In this document: in pieces, positions 8,852 through 18,464 of the stretch | Numbering within the stretch: position 1 is the stretch's first letter | Layout of the letters: the number at the start of each line of letters is the position of its first letter | Sequence record: DRR723986_3990 | DNA length: 41,550 nt | Strand: one strand, 5' to 3' | Translations under genes and position numbers: made by a program | Notes under the pieces: generated by a model | Seen by the model: the letters and a program-made list of their open reading frames with translations, nothing else | Told to the model about the DNA's origin: nothing | Databases searched by the model: none

Positions 8852-10438
8852 TCAGTTTTTCGTTACCAGACGATAGTAGACGAAGTCGGACGTCGCACCG
8901 TTGACGTAACCTTCGACCTTCTGGTCCATCGCGACCTGATAGGCCGCCTGGAACATGATCACGATCGGCGACTTGGCCTGAACTTCCTTCTGCAGTTCGA
9001 CATACATCCCGTTGCGTTTTTCCGCATCGCTCTCGGCCAAGGCAGCCTTGGTCATGTCGTTCATCTCGGCCGGAACAGCCCAGGCATTCCGCCATGTGGT
9101 GGTTGCCTGGTAGTTGTCGTCGGAGTTGTCGCTGTTATAGGCAAAGGCCTTTGCGTTGGAGTGCGGGTCCATGAAGTCCGGGCCCCAATAGAGCAACATC
9201 GCTTCATGGCTGCGCTCGCGATACTTGGTGATAACCTGCGAACCGGTGCCCGGGATGATGTCGAAATTGATCCCGGCCTCGGCAAAGCTTGCCTGCAGCG
9301 ACTGGGCCATGTCCGTGAACGGGGTGGAGTTGATCACGTCGAGGGTCACGGTGATCGGCGTATCGATGCCGGCATCCGCCAGGATCTGCTTCGCCTTTTC
9401 CGGATCATAGGTGTAAGGCGTCTCGTCATAAGAGCCCGGGAAGCCCTTCGGCCAGAAAGCCTGATGGATTTCCATCTGGCCCTTCAGGAAGCTGTCGGTC
9501 ATGCCCTTGTAATTGACGAGGTAACGCGCCGCGTCCCACACCGCTTCAGGCTGCAGCACGTCCTTCTTCTGGTTGAAAGACAGGAAGTGCACGGCTGCCT
9601 GCGGATAGGTTTCCACCTTGATGGTGTCGCCTTCCATGCCGGCAATCTGGTCCGGCGTCAGGTTGCGGGCCATGTCGACATCGCCGGACTGCAGCAGCAG
9701 TTGCTGGGTTGCGGCTTCGGCCACGTGACGGATGATCACGCCTTCAACCTTCGGTGCGCCCTTGAAGTAGTCGGCATTGGACTTGTAACGCACCAGTTCG
9801 CCGGCGCGGTAGGTTTGCAGTTCGAACGGACCGGAACCGGCGGAATTGGCATTGAGCCACTTGTTGCCCATGTCGCCATCTTCCTCATGCTCCATCACCG
9901 TCTTTTCGTCGACGATGGAAGCCGGACGGGCAGCCAGGACGTTGAGGGCGAACGCCGGAGAGAAGTCACCTTCGTATTTGACAACGACCTTGTTGCCGTC
10001 GGCCGTGACCATGTCCTCGACATTTTCCGCCGTCCAGCCAAGCTGGGCAAGGATGAAGGCCGGGGTAAGGTTCAGCTTGATGACACGGGCAAAGGAGAAC
10101 ACCACGTCTTCAGCGCGAACCGGATTGCCGGAATGGAACGTTGCACCGTCGCGCAGGGTGAAGGTGATGGTCTTCGCATCAGCGTCAGCCTGCCATTCTG
10201 CAGCAAGGCCCGGAGCCAGAACTGTCGGATCTTCGGCGTCATATTGCACAAGGCGGTCGTAGACATTGGTCACGAGCTCGCCGGAGGAAAACTCGTAAGC
10301 CTGGGCAGGGTCGATCGCGACTATATCGTCGATGTTCTGCGCCACCACCAGAATGTTGTCCGGTGTCGCGGCACCGGCAGGCAGTGCCATCGGCATTGCC
10401 AAGGCAGCCGCCAGAAGCGCGGTCCTTAAAAGCTTCAT
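8852..10438 (-). CDS. Peptide ABC transporter substrate-binding protein (family 5, DppA/DdpA-like)
   Basis: Signal peptide ...LPAGA-A, VYDRLVQY, LRDGATFHSGNPV, GSGPF. Confidence 0.94.
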   Translation of the reverse strand: MKLLRTALLAAALAMPMALPAGAATPDNILVVAQNIDDIVAIDPAQAYEFSSGELVTNVYDRLVQYDAEDPTVLAPGLAAEWQADADAKTITFTLRDGATFHSGNPVRAEDVVFSFARVIKLNLTPAFILAQLGWTAENVEDMVTADGNKVVVKYEGDFSPAFALNVLAARPASIVDEKTVMEHEEDGDMGNKWLNANSAGSGPFELQTYRAGELVRYKSNADYFKGAPKVEGVIIRHVAEAATQQLLLQSGDVDMARNLTPDQIAGMEGDTIKVETYPQAAVHFLSFNQKKDVLQPEAVWDAARYLVNYKGMTDSFLKGQMEIHQAFWPKGFPGSYDETPYTYDPEKAKQILADAGIDTPITVTLDVINSTPFTDMAQSLQASFAEAGINFDIIPGTGSQVITKYRERSHEAMLLYWGPDFMDPHSNAKAFAYNSDNSDDNYQATTTWRNAWAVPAEMNDMTKAALAESDAEKRNGMYVELQKEVQAKSPIVIMFQAAYQVAMDQKVEGYVNGATSDFVYYRLVTKN

Positions 10439-10462
10439 TTCTTCGTCTCCGTCTGTCAGGGG

Positions 10463-11131
10463 TTAGGATTTGTTCTTGTTTTTGGCGCGGCTCGGCTTCA
10501 CCGCGCTCTTGTCTGGCGACACCAGCTCGATGCGGCTGGTTTTCTCGTCGCCGGCGTTGAAAATCGTGAGGGTGCCGGTCCACAGAATCTTTGCCGGCGC
10601 ATCGTTCGGGTTCGACCAGGCATGCGGGGTGTTGCCCCGATAATGCAGGCTGTCGCCAGCGGTCATCACCATCGCCTCCCCGTCGAGGTACTGGGTGATG
10701 GACCCTTCCAGGATGTAGATCAGCTCCTCGCCCTCGTGGCTCACCGTTTCCGAGGCATATCCCGGCGGCACCGTGAGAATGAACGAGGAAAGCTGATTGC
10801 CTGGAAACTCGGTTGCCAGCCGCTCATAGCTTACGGCGGAACCGGAAATGGAGAAATTGGGCCGGGTGGCGGCACGGGTCAGAGCATCCTGGGCCCGTGG
10901 CTGGGCCACGAAATAATCCAGCCCGACGCCGAGTGCCCGGGCGATTCCCGCCAGAGATCCGAGTGTCGGTGTCGCGTGATCGCGCTCGACCTGACTGAGA
11001 TACCCGACCGAGAGGTTCGAAGCGTCGCTCAGCTGTTGCAGGGTGAACCCCAGCTGCCGGCGCCGCGCACGGATCAGCGCGCCAACCTTTGTATCGACAT
11101 CGGAAGCGGCACGTGCTGTCGAACTGCTCAA
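10463..11131 (-). CDS. XRE-family HTH + cupin transcriptional regulator (PuuR-like architecture)
   Basis: N-terminal HTH (TLQQLS...LSVGYLSQVER) and cupin (HEGEELIYILEG...PHAW); GGGAG before the TTG start. Confidence 0.92.
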   Translation of the reverse strand: MSSSTARAASDVDTKVGALIRARRRQLGFTLQQLSDASNLSVGYLSQVERDHATPTLGSLAGIARALGVGLDYFVAQPRAQDALTRAATRPNFSISGSAVSYERLATEFPGNQLSSFILTVPPGYASETVSHEGEELIYILEGSITQYLDGEAMVMTAGDSLHYRGNTPHAWSNPNDAPAKILWTGTLTIFNAGDEKTSRIELVSPDKSAVKPSRAKNKNKS

Positions 11132-11144
11132 AGATTTTTACTCC

Positions 11145-11163
11145 CATCAAAATTTTTTTGATG
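11145..11163. promoter_or_regulatory. Perfect palindrome, candidate operator of the XRE regulator
   Basis: CATCAAAA-TTT-TTTTGATG directly upstream of the regulator's ribosome-binding site. Confidence 0.5.
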
Positions 11164-11354
11164 TAACCAGATTTTTTTGTATGCTCCAAGAACTTTTTTA
11201 GACAGCTTTGAAAAAAGCGCCTTACGAGCGCTTTCTGAAAGCTGTTTAAAAACAACAACCTGAAGACTCTAATTCAGAAATTGAGTCACATGAGTGTGGA
11301 GAACGGACTTGAAGAATCCGGTTAAACAGGGAACGGCGACAAGCCGTTACCGGC

Positions 11355-12431
11355 ATGTCTTTTGAGCCTTCCGAGAGCGTAACCGACGCAAGAGAGGGCC
11401 TGTTGACGAGCCAACTGCTGGGCAGTGCGGCGGCGCTGTTGCGCTTCTGTCTTGTAACGGCCGGAACGTTCCTTGGCCTGCTTGCAATCACGTTTTTCAT
11501 CGGCCGCGTGGTGCCGATCGATCCGGTTCTGGCAGTAGTCGGCGACAGGGCATCGAACGAAGTCTATGAAGCTGCCCGTCAGGCGATGGGACTGGACAGG
11601 CCACTGGTCATCCAGTTTTTCTCCTACTTGGGCGACGTCTTCACCGGCAATCTCGGCATGTCGATTTCCACCGGTCGGCCGGTCGCTGAAGACCTGGGGC
11701 GGTTCTTCCCCGCCACCTTGGAAATGGCCACGATCGGCATCCTGATCGGTGTGCTGCTCGGCGTACCTATGGGCGTATTGGCCGCCACCCGCCAGGGAAC
11801 CTGGATCGACCAGTTGATCCGCGTCCTCGGCCTTCTCGGCTATTCCGTCCCCGCGTTCTGGCTTGGGCTGGTTGGTCTTGCGGTCTTCTACGCCGGCCTC
11901 GGCTGGGTTGCCGGTCCGGGCCGTATCGACATCTTCTACGACGGCATCGTTGATCCCGTAACCGGGCTTTACCTGATCGACAGTGTTGTCGCAGGCGAAT
12001 GGGACATCTTCTGGAACGCGCTCGATCACCTCATGCTGCCGGCGTCGATCCTCGGTTTCTTCAGCCTTGCCTACATCGCCCGCATGACCCGGTCGTTCAT
12101 GCTGGATCAGCTTGGGCACGAATATGTGACGACCGCACGAGTGAAAGGTGTGCCCGAGCGCCGCGTCATCTGGCGCCACGCGTTCTACCCGATCCGCATC
12201 CAGCTGATCACCGTGATCGGCCTGTCCTATGCCGCTCTTCTGGAAGGCTCCGTGATGATCGAGACCGTGTTCTCCTGGCCCGGTATCGGCAACTACCTGA
12301 CCAGTGCCCTTCTCAATGCCGACATGAACGCCGTGCTGGGCGCGACGCTCGTCATCGGCGCCGTCTTCATCCTCATCAACAAGATTTCCGACGTGCTCTA
12401 CCGCATTCTCGATCCGAGGGCCCGCAAATGA
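11355..12431 (+). CDS. Peptide ABC transporter permease (DppB/DdpB-like)
   Basis: FFPATLEMA, YVTTARVKG, IETVFSWPGIG, ILDPR; the start could be a slightly later TTG. Confidence 0.95.
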   Translation: MSFEPSESVTDAREGLLTSQLLGSAAALLRFCLVTAGTFLGLLAITFFIGRVVPIDPVLAVVGDRASNEVYEAARQAMGLDRPLVIQFFSYLGDVFTGNLGMSISTGRPVAEDLGRFFPATLEMATIGILIGVLLGVPMGVLAATRQGTWIDQLIRVLGLLGYSVPAFWLGLVGLAVFYAGLGWVAGPGRIDIFYDGIVDPVTGLYLIDSVVAGEWDIFWNALDHLMLPASILGFFSLAYIARMTRSFMLDQLGHEYVTTARVKGVPERRVIWRHAFYPIRIQLITVIGLSYAALLEGSVMIETVFSWPGIGNYLTSALLNADMNAVLGATLVIGAVFILINKISDVLYRILDPRARK

Positions 12432-13324
12432 TCGACTGGCTTCTCGACGATAGCCCCGCCTCGCGCCTGCAGGCCAATCTTGGCCGCGCCTGGCGTGTCT
12501 TTGCAGCGCTCCTGCGCAATCCGCTTGCCGTGGTGGGCGGCTTCATCATCCTGGTCCTGATCGTGATGGCGATCTTCGCTCCGCTGATCGCCCCTTATTC
12601 TCCCATCGGCCAGGATCTCGCAAACCGCCTGATGCCGCCGTCCGCGGCCCACTGGATGGGAACCGACGAGCTTGGCCGGGACATCTACTCCCGCGTTGTC
12701 TACGGTGCGCGCATCACGCTGATGATCGTTACCATGGTGGCCGTCATCGCCGCTCCAATCGGCCTCATCGTCGGTGCAGTCTCCGGATATTTCGGCGGCT
12801 GGACCGATCGGGTGCTGATGGGCGTGACGGATATCTTCCTGTCCATGCCGAAGCTGATCCTCGCGCTTGCCTTTGTGGCGGCCCTCGGTCCCGGCATCGA
12901 GAACGCCATCATCGCCATTGCGATCACCGCCTGGCCCGCCTATGCGCGTATCGCCCGTGCGGAAACGATTACCTTCCGCGATGCCGAGTTTATCGCGGCA
13001 GTGCGCCTGCAGGGTGCGTCTTCCACCCGCGTTATTCTCCGTCACGTTCTGCCGCTTTGCGCTTCTTCCACGATCATTCGCGTGACGCTGGATATGGCCG
13101 GCATCATCCTGACGGCCGCCGGTCTCGGCTTTCTCGGTCTCGGCGCCCAGCCGCCTCTGCCGGAATGGGGGGCGATGATCTCGCGTGGACGAAATTTCAT
13201 CCTCGACCAGTGGTGGGTCGCCACCATGCCGGGCTTTGCCATCATCCTGGTGAGCCTCGGTTTCTGTTTCCTCGGTGACGGCCTGCGCGACGTGCTCGAT
13301 CCCAAGCAGGGAGACAAGCAATGA
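12428..13324 (+). CDS. Peptide ABC transporter permease (DppC/DdpC-like)
   Basis: HWMGTDELGRDIYSRVVYGAR, PPLPEWG, GDGLRDVLDP; ATG 12428 overlaps the upstream stop (ATGA). Confidence 0.95.
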   Translation: MIDWLLDDSPASRLQANLGRAWRVFAALLRNPLAVVGGFIILVLIVMAIFAPLIAPYSPIGQDLANRLMPPSAAHWMGTDELGRDIYSRVVYGARITLMIVTMVAVIAAPIGLIVGAVSGYFGGWTDRVLMGVTDIFLSMPKLILALAFVAALGPGIENAIIAIAITAWPAYARIARAETITFRDAEFIAAVRLQGASSTRVILRHVLPLCASSTIIRVTLDMAGIILTAAGLGFLGLGAQPPLPEWGAMISRGRNFILDQWWVATMPGFAIILVSLGFCFLGDGLRDVLDPKQGDKQ

Positions 13325-14169
13325 GCGCCCCGCTTCTTCTCGAGGTTGACGGCCTCACCGTCACCTTCCCGACGGCCCGTGGCCCGGTCGATGTCGTCAA
13401 GGGTATTTCGTTCACGCTTGGGCGGGAACGGCTCGGAATTGTCGGCGAATCCGGTTCCGGCAAATCCATGACCGGCCGGTCGATTCTGCGCCTGATCCGG
13501 AAACCCGGCAAGGTCACCGCCCGGCGCATGGCCTTTGACGGCATAGACCTCCTCAGCCGAAGTGAACGCCAGATGCGCGATCTGCGCGGCGCCCGCATTT
13601 CCATGGTCATGCAGGACCCCAAATTCTCGCTCAACCCGGTGATGACCGTAGGCGAGCAGATTGCCGAAGCCCTCGTCACCCACAAGAAGCTGCCACGCCG
13701 GGAACTGAAGGAACGGGTGCTTGCCATGCTGGAAGCTGTGCGCATCAACGATCCGGCACGGGTTGCGGGTCTTTATCCTCACGAGGTTTCCGGCGGCATG
13801 GGCCAGCGTATCATGATCGCCATGATGCTGATCCCGGAACCTGATCTCCTGATCGCAGACGAACCAACCTCCGCGCTTGATGTTTCCGTGCAGGCACAGG
13901 TTCTGGACATTATCGACGATCTGGTCACCGGCAAGGGCATGGGTCTGATCCTGATCAGTCATGACCTCAATCTGGTGTCCCGCTATTGCGACCGCATCCT
14001 GGTGATGAATAGCGGCGAGATCGTTGAGCAGTGCAAGGCGAGCGATCTGCACAACGCGCAGCATCCCTACACCCGTGGCCTGATTGCCGCGATGCCGCGC
14101 ATGAATGAAGACCGTGATGAGCTGCCCGTTCTCGACCGCAGTACCTGGACCACGGGAGCCGGAACATGA
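13321..14169 (+). CDS. Peptide ABC transporter ATP-binding protein (DppD-like)
   Basis: [29 protein letters not shown]. Confidence 0.95.
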   Translation: MSAPLLLEVDGLTVTFPTARGPVDVVKGISFTLGRERLGIVGESGSGKSMTGRSILRLIRKPGKVTARRMAFDGIDLLSRSERQMRDLRGARISMVMQDPKFSLNPVMTVGEQIAEALVTHKKLPRRELKERVLAMLEAVRINDPARVAGLYPHEVSGGMGQRIMIAMMLIPEPDLLIADEPTSALDVSVQAQVLDIIDDLVTGKGMGLILISHDLNLVSRYCDRILVMNSGEIVEQCKASDLHNAQHPYTRGLIAAMPRMNEDRDELPVLDRSTWTTGAGT

Positions 14170-14918
14170 CCGACGCCGCCATCCATCTTGAAAACCTCAC
14201 CATCAGCTATGGCGACACGGCTGTCGTTCACGACGTCACCTTCGATGTTGCTGAAGGGGAAAGTTTTGCGCTCGTCGGGGAATCCGGCTCCGGCAAATCG
14301 ACAATCCTGAAGGCAATCTCCGGACTGGCGCCGGACTGGACCGGCACCATCGCCGTTGAAGGAAAGCCTCGCGGACATTCACCGGACAGGACCTTTGCGG
14401 AAACCTGCCAGATGGTGTTTCAGGACCCTTACGGCTCGCTTCACCCACGCAAGACCATCGATACCTGCCTTGCAGAGCCGCTCGCCATTCATGGTATTGG
14501 CGGTCGGGACGGCCGCGTGAAAGACATGCTTGCCGCCGTCGGTCTGGACCAGCGATTCCGCTTCCGCTTTCCGCATCAGCTTTCCGGTGGTCAGCGCCAG
14601 AGGGTCGCGATCGCCCGCGCGTTGATGCTGGAACCGCGCGTTCTACTGCTGGACGAGCCAACGTCCGCACTGGACGTTTCGGTACAGGCGGAAATCCTGA
14701 ACCTTCTGAAAAAGCTGCGGCGGGAACAGGGGCTGACCTATCTGATGGTCACACATAACCTTCCGGTTGTCTCCTTCCTGTGCGAGCGCCTGGCCGTCAT
14801 GCGCTATGGCCGCGTGGTTGAAATTGCCGGTGTCGACGCTCTCAAGTCGGGCCAGCTCTCAGATCCTTATTCCCGCGAACTCTATGCCGCCAGCGGCGGC
14901 ATCTTGCACCCTGCCTAA
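14166..14918 (+). CDS. Peptide ABC transporter ATP-binding protein (DppF-like)
   Basis: [26 protein letters not shown] coupling. Confidence 0.95.
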   Translation: MTDAAIHLENLTISYGDTAVVHDVTFDVAEGESFALVGESGSGKSTILKAISGLAPDWTGTIAVEGKPRGHSPDRTFAETCQMVFQDPYGSLHPRKTIDTCLAEPLAIHGIGGRDGRVKDMLAAVGLDQRFRFRFPHQLSGGQRQRVAIARALMLEPRVLLLDEPTSALDVSVQAEILNLLKKLRREQGLTYLMVTHNLPVVSFLCERLAVMRYGRVVEIAGVDALKSGQLSDPYSRELYAASGGILHPA

Positions 14919-14949
14919 CGTCAACCAGAATTGCTCGAGATTTCGATAC

Positions 14950-15456
14950 ATGACCGATTTCACCGGCCCTTTGGCCACGTTTGACCTTGCCCTTTCCACC
15001 GCGACCACACCGGATGCGCCTTTTGATGCCCTTCTGAAGCTGACGCAGGAAACCATTGGCGTGAAGCTGTTCACCTTCATGACAGCCGACATGAAAACCG
15101 AGCTTGCGCAGCGCTCCTACACTTCGCATCCGGAAGACTACCCGGTCTCCGGAACCAAACCGATCACTTTTGACCGCTGGTTTGAAACCGTACACAAGGA
15201 CCGGAAAAGCTTTATCGCAAACACGCTTGCCGATATTGCGACCGTCTTTCCCGATTACGAGCTGATAGGCCGGCTTGGCTGCGGCTCAGTCATCAACCTG
15301 CCCGTTGTTCTCGGCGATACGCTGGTTGGTACCGTCAACATGCTTCACGAAGAACATCACTACACGCCGGAACGCGTCGCTCAGGCGCAGGCCTGGCTTT
15401 CGGTTCCGGCCAAGGCCGCCTATCTGGCAAGCCAGTCACTGTCGACCGCCCTCTAG
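14950..15456 (+). CDS. Stand-alone GAF domain protein
   Basis: Start set at ATG 14950 (MTDFTGP); GAF-like SVINLPVVLGDTLVGTVNML; last gene before a terminator. Confidence 0.8.
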   Translation: MTDFTGPLATFDLALSTATTPDAPFDALLKLTQETIGVKLFTFMTADMKTELAQRSYTSHPEDYPVSGTKPITFDRWFETVHKDRKSFIANTLADIATVFPDYELIGRLGCGSVINLPVVLGDTLVGTVNMLHEEHHYTPERVAQAQAWLSVPAKAAYLASQSLSTAL

Positions 15457-15483
15457 GACGGAATAGCACACGCAGTCTCTCGT

Positions 15484-15513
15484 AACCCCGCCGCTCTGGC
15501 GGGGTTTGTTTTT
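15484..15513 (+). terminator. Intrinsic terminator of the ABC/GAF operon
   Basis: AACCCCGCC-GCTCT-GGCGGGGTT followed by TGTTTTT. Confidence 0.85.
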
Positions 15514-15523
15514 GCCTGACATG

Positions 15524-16597
15524 TCAGTCCTCCCTCACGGTATCGACAGAAGGAGCTACATCGATCGTTTCCGTGGCAAGATCCAGAAGCCAGGCAATGC
15601 GTGTCTGGTATCTGACGACCACCTTGTAATCCTCTCCCAGAACTTCACGGGCGGCCTCTCTGAACGGATGTTCCTTCATGGCGACCGGCAGAAAATCGTC
15701 GAGTGAGCCGATCTTGTACTGCGCGTCCGATGGCAGATCGAGAAGTACCCAGATTTCCGCAATCCTGGTGCGGGCGTGAACGTCGACCCTTATGATCTCG
15801 ACAGGCGTGTCGCCCGCCCACTCCTTGGTGCGCTGTGCCAGAACGGCCTCTGTCCCGGTTTCTATGTAGCGCAGGTAGGTTGCCGCCAGAAGCTGGACCA
15901 GAACGACCGACAGAAAGGCAAGCGTGACCGTCATGCCGAGCGTGAACTTGACGCCCCGATGTGCTTTGCGGAAGAGCCGCTCCCGTGGGCCCAGGATGAT
16001 GTAGACCAGGCTTGCAGAGAAGATGATCGCCCCGAAATTAGTGGCAAAGAGCAATGTGGCCTCATAGGCCGCCTCCTGTTCTCCGAAGTACAACAGGATC
16101 CCTGCTGCAGCGAGCGGCGGAACCAGGGACACGCCTATCGCCGCTCCAGGCAAAAGGCTGATTTCCGATTTCCTGATCTGCACATAGGCACCGGCAATGC
16201 CCGCAGCGAGCGCAACGACCATGTCTTCCGCCCCGGGATTACTCCGGCTGAGGACTTCATCCGGCAGCAGCAGCGTTGAAGGCGCATCCGCTATCCAGAC
16301 AATCAGCCACGAGATCACGATGCTGCAGCCGGCGGCGACCCAGACAGTCAGCATCAGGACGAGCGCTCTTCCAACCCATCCCATCACGATCGATGAGGCG
16401 ATGCCCAGGATGGGAGTCATAAGCGGGGCCACCAGCATGGCCGCAATCACGACAGCGCCCGAGTTTCGCAGCAGGCCCATCGTGGCGATGATCACGGCAA
16501 GCGACAGCAGCAAAGCGAACTTGCGCCAATAGGCAGCCTTGTTGGCGCCCTCGAACCTCAGAATTTCCTTGGTGGTGGAGAACTGACTGATGGACAT
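15524..16597 (-). CDS. DUF389-type multi-pass membrane protein
   Basis: IATMGLLRNSGAVVIAAMLVAPLMTPI, ALAAGIAGA and LPGAAIGVSLVPPL are characteristic of this family. Confidence 0.85.
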   Translation of the reverse strand: MSISQFSTTKEILRFEGANKAAYWRKFALLLSLAVIIATMGLLRNSGAVVIAAMLVAPLMTPILGIASSIVMGWVGRALVLMLTVWVAAGCSIVISWLIVWIADAPSTLLLPDEVLSRSNPGAEDMVVALAAGIAGAYVQIRKSEISLLPGAAIGVSLVPPLAAAGILLYFGEQEAAYEATLLFATNFGAIIFSASLVYIILGPRERLFRKAHRGVKFTLGMTVTLAFLSVVLVQLLAATYLRYIETGTEAVLAQRTKEWAGDTPVEIIRVDVHARTRIAEIWVLLDLPSDAQYKIGSLDDFLPVAMKEHPFREAAREVLGEDYKVVVRYQTRIAWLLDLATETIDVAPSVDTVRED

Positions 16598-16762
16598 GAT
16601 ACAGCTGCCCCTGACGTTATATCGTCCGAGTATGCTTCACGTCGCGGCGTTCGTCATCTCAATTGCAACGCCTTGGCTCACAATCGTCGATAGGCACGAC
16701 ACCAAATTCCAGGGAAACATTTCTTCCGCCAGAAATGGCGCAATCCAGTCAACAGCTTATCT

Positions 16763-16951
16763 TCAGGCCGCAGCCTTTTTCGCGCGCTCGATCTTGCCGA
16801 TGAACTCGGAAAGCCAGGCGATTTCCTTCAGGTAGACTTCCATGGAGAGCGAGGCAAGTTCCATGAGGAGGGCTTGCGGATTGGGGTTGTCCAAGCCCGT
16901 CTCCCGCAAGAAGGTCTGGTACTCGTCACTGAAAGCCTTTGGCACACGCAT
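16763..16951 (-). CDS. Small hypothetical protein (62 aa)
   Basis: GAGG 5 nt before ATG 16951, host-like GC3-rich codons, fills an otherwise empty intergenic gap, ends KKAAA. Confidence 0.65.
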   Translation of the reverse strand: MRVPKAFSDEYQTFLRETGLDNPNPQALLMELASLSMEVYLKEIAWLSEFIGKIERAKKAAA

Positions 16952-17228
16952 TTCGGCCTCACGCACTCACGGTTCTGCTGGTCTGTGCAAGCAGGCCTTC
17001 CAGCCCGCGTTTAGGAATTGTTAAGATTTCCGAACCTCTGCCGATATCGTCAGAAATGTCATTTCCTCACAATCCCCAAGAGCTGAAGGCCTGGCTTGGG
17101 ATAACTCGCCCAAACACGTCAAAAATGGCCCATAGCTCCCGCTTTTCGCTTGCACTTGGCCAGCCAAATCTTCGACCCTGCCAAGAATCACAATTCTACC
17201 CCATCCAACCCGACCTCAAGAGCCCTTC

Positions 17229-18464
17229 ATGAGCCCGTCCACAGACCTTTCCTTCGCGCCTTTGTCCGATGCCTTTGCACGAGACCCCTACCCGTTCTAC
17301 GCCGCACTGCGTGACCGCAAGGGTCTGACTTACTTCGAGGATTTCGATATCTGGCTGGCAGCGACGTTCGATGACGTTTCGGAAATCGTGCAGAACGGCA
17401 AGATGGTGCGATCCATGGACCACATCGCGAGCGCGGAAGAAATCGCGGACATGAAACGTGCCCAGAACTGGCACGACATGCCGCATCATTCCCGGTTCGT
17501 GCAGTTCTCTCTGCTGGACAGCGACGGGGACGTTCATGACCGGCTGCGCAAGCAGGTGTTCAGACTGTTCACGCCGGTGATGGTCGGCAAGCTGCGCGAT
17601 GACATACAGGCCTATGTCGACCGCCTTTTCGACAGTCTGTCAGACCGCACCGAAATCGACTTTATCGAAGATCTGGCCGCCCATGTTCCAGGTCACATCA
17701 TCGGCCGTGTTCTGGGCGTTCCCGATGAGGACTGCCCGCAGCTGCGCATCTGGTCGGAAAACATTGTTCAGTATTTTGACATCGACCGGACGAATGAGCG
17801 CAAGGAACTGGCCGAACGCAACACGACAGAATTCAATCACTACCTGCAAACGCTTAAAGCAAAGCGCGAACGCGCGCCGCAGGACGACCTTCTGTCGCTC
17901 ATGATCGAAGCCGAACGGGCCGGCCAGATGAACGAGGACGAATTCATCTCGACCGCCATGCTGATCCTGATGGCCGGTCACGGTTCAACCATCGACGTTC
18001 TCGGCAGCGGCATGCATGCGCTGCTGAAGTTTCCGAATGAGCTGCAGCGTCTGCGCGAAGATCCCTCGCTGATGAAAACGGCCGTGCAGGAAATGTTCCG
18101 CTATGAATCTCCCTTGCCGTTCTTCCACCGCTATTCAACCGAGGACATGACGGTTTGCGGCGACGCGTATCCGCGCGGGACGAAGTTCGGCGTCCTCTAT
18201 GGAGCAGCCAACCGCGACCCGGCCCAATTTCCCGACGCTGACCGCTTCGATGTTGGCAGAACGCCGAATTGGCACATTGCCTTTGGCCGGGGCGCACATT
18301 TCTGTCTCGGCAACCATCTTGCACGTCTGGACATGGACATCATTTTTTCAACACTGCTGAAAAGGTTCCGCACGATTGAGCTGGTCGATCACAACGTCAC
18401 CTACAAGCGTGGCCTGTCCGTGAGAGGCCCGGAAGCAATCAGACTTGCCTGGCAACCCGCCTAG
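17229..18464 (+). CDS. Cytochrome P450
   Basis: Heme motif FGRGAHFCLG, K-helix EMFR, AANRDP; I-helix reads AGHGST. Confidence 0.96.
   Translation: MSPSTDLSFAPLSDAFARDPYPFYAALRDRKGLTYFEDFDIWLAATFDDVSEIVQNGKMVRSMDHIASAEEIADMKRAQNWHDMPHHSRFVQFSLLDSDGDVHDRLRKQVFRLFTPVMVGKLRDDIQAYVDRLFDSLSDRTEIDFIEDLAAHVPGHIIGRVLGVPDEDCPQLRIWSENIVQYFDIDRTNERKELAERNTTEFNHYLQTLKAKRERAPQDDLLSLMIEAERAGQMNEDEFISTAMLILMAGHGSTIDVLGSGMHALLKFPNELQRLREDPSLMKTAVQEMFRYESPLPFFHRYSTEDMTVCGDAYPRGTKFGVLYGAANRDPAQFPDADRFDVGRTPNWHIAFGRGAHFCLGNHLARLDMDIIFSTLLKRFRTIELVDHNVTYKRGLSVRGPEAIRLAWQPA

Noticed and set aside
8594..10429. 611-aa plus-strand ORF
   Set aside because: Antisense shadow of the SBP gene caused by GC-rich codon bias; no recognisable motifs.
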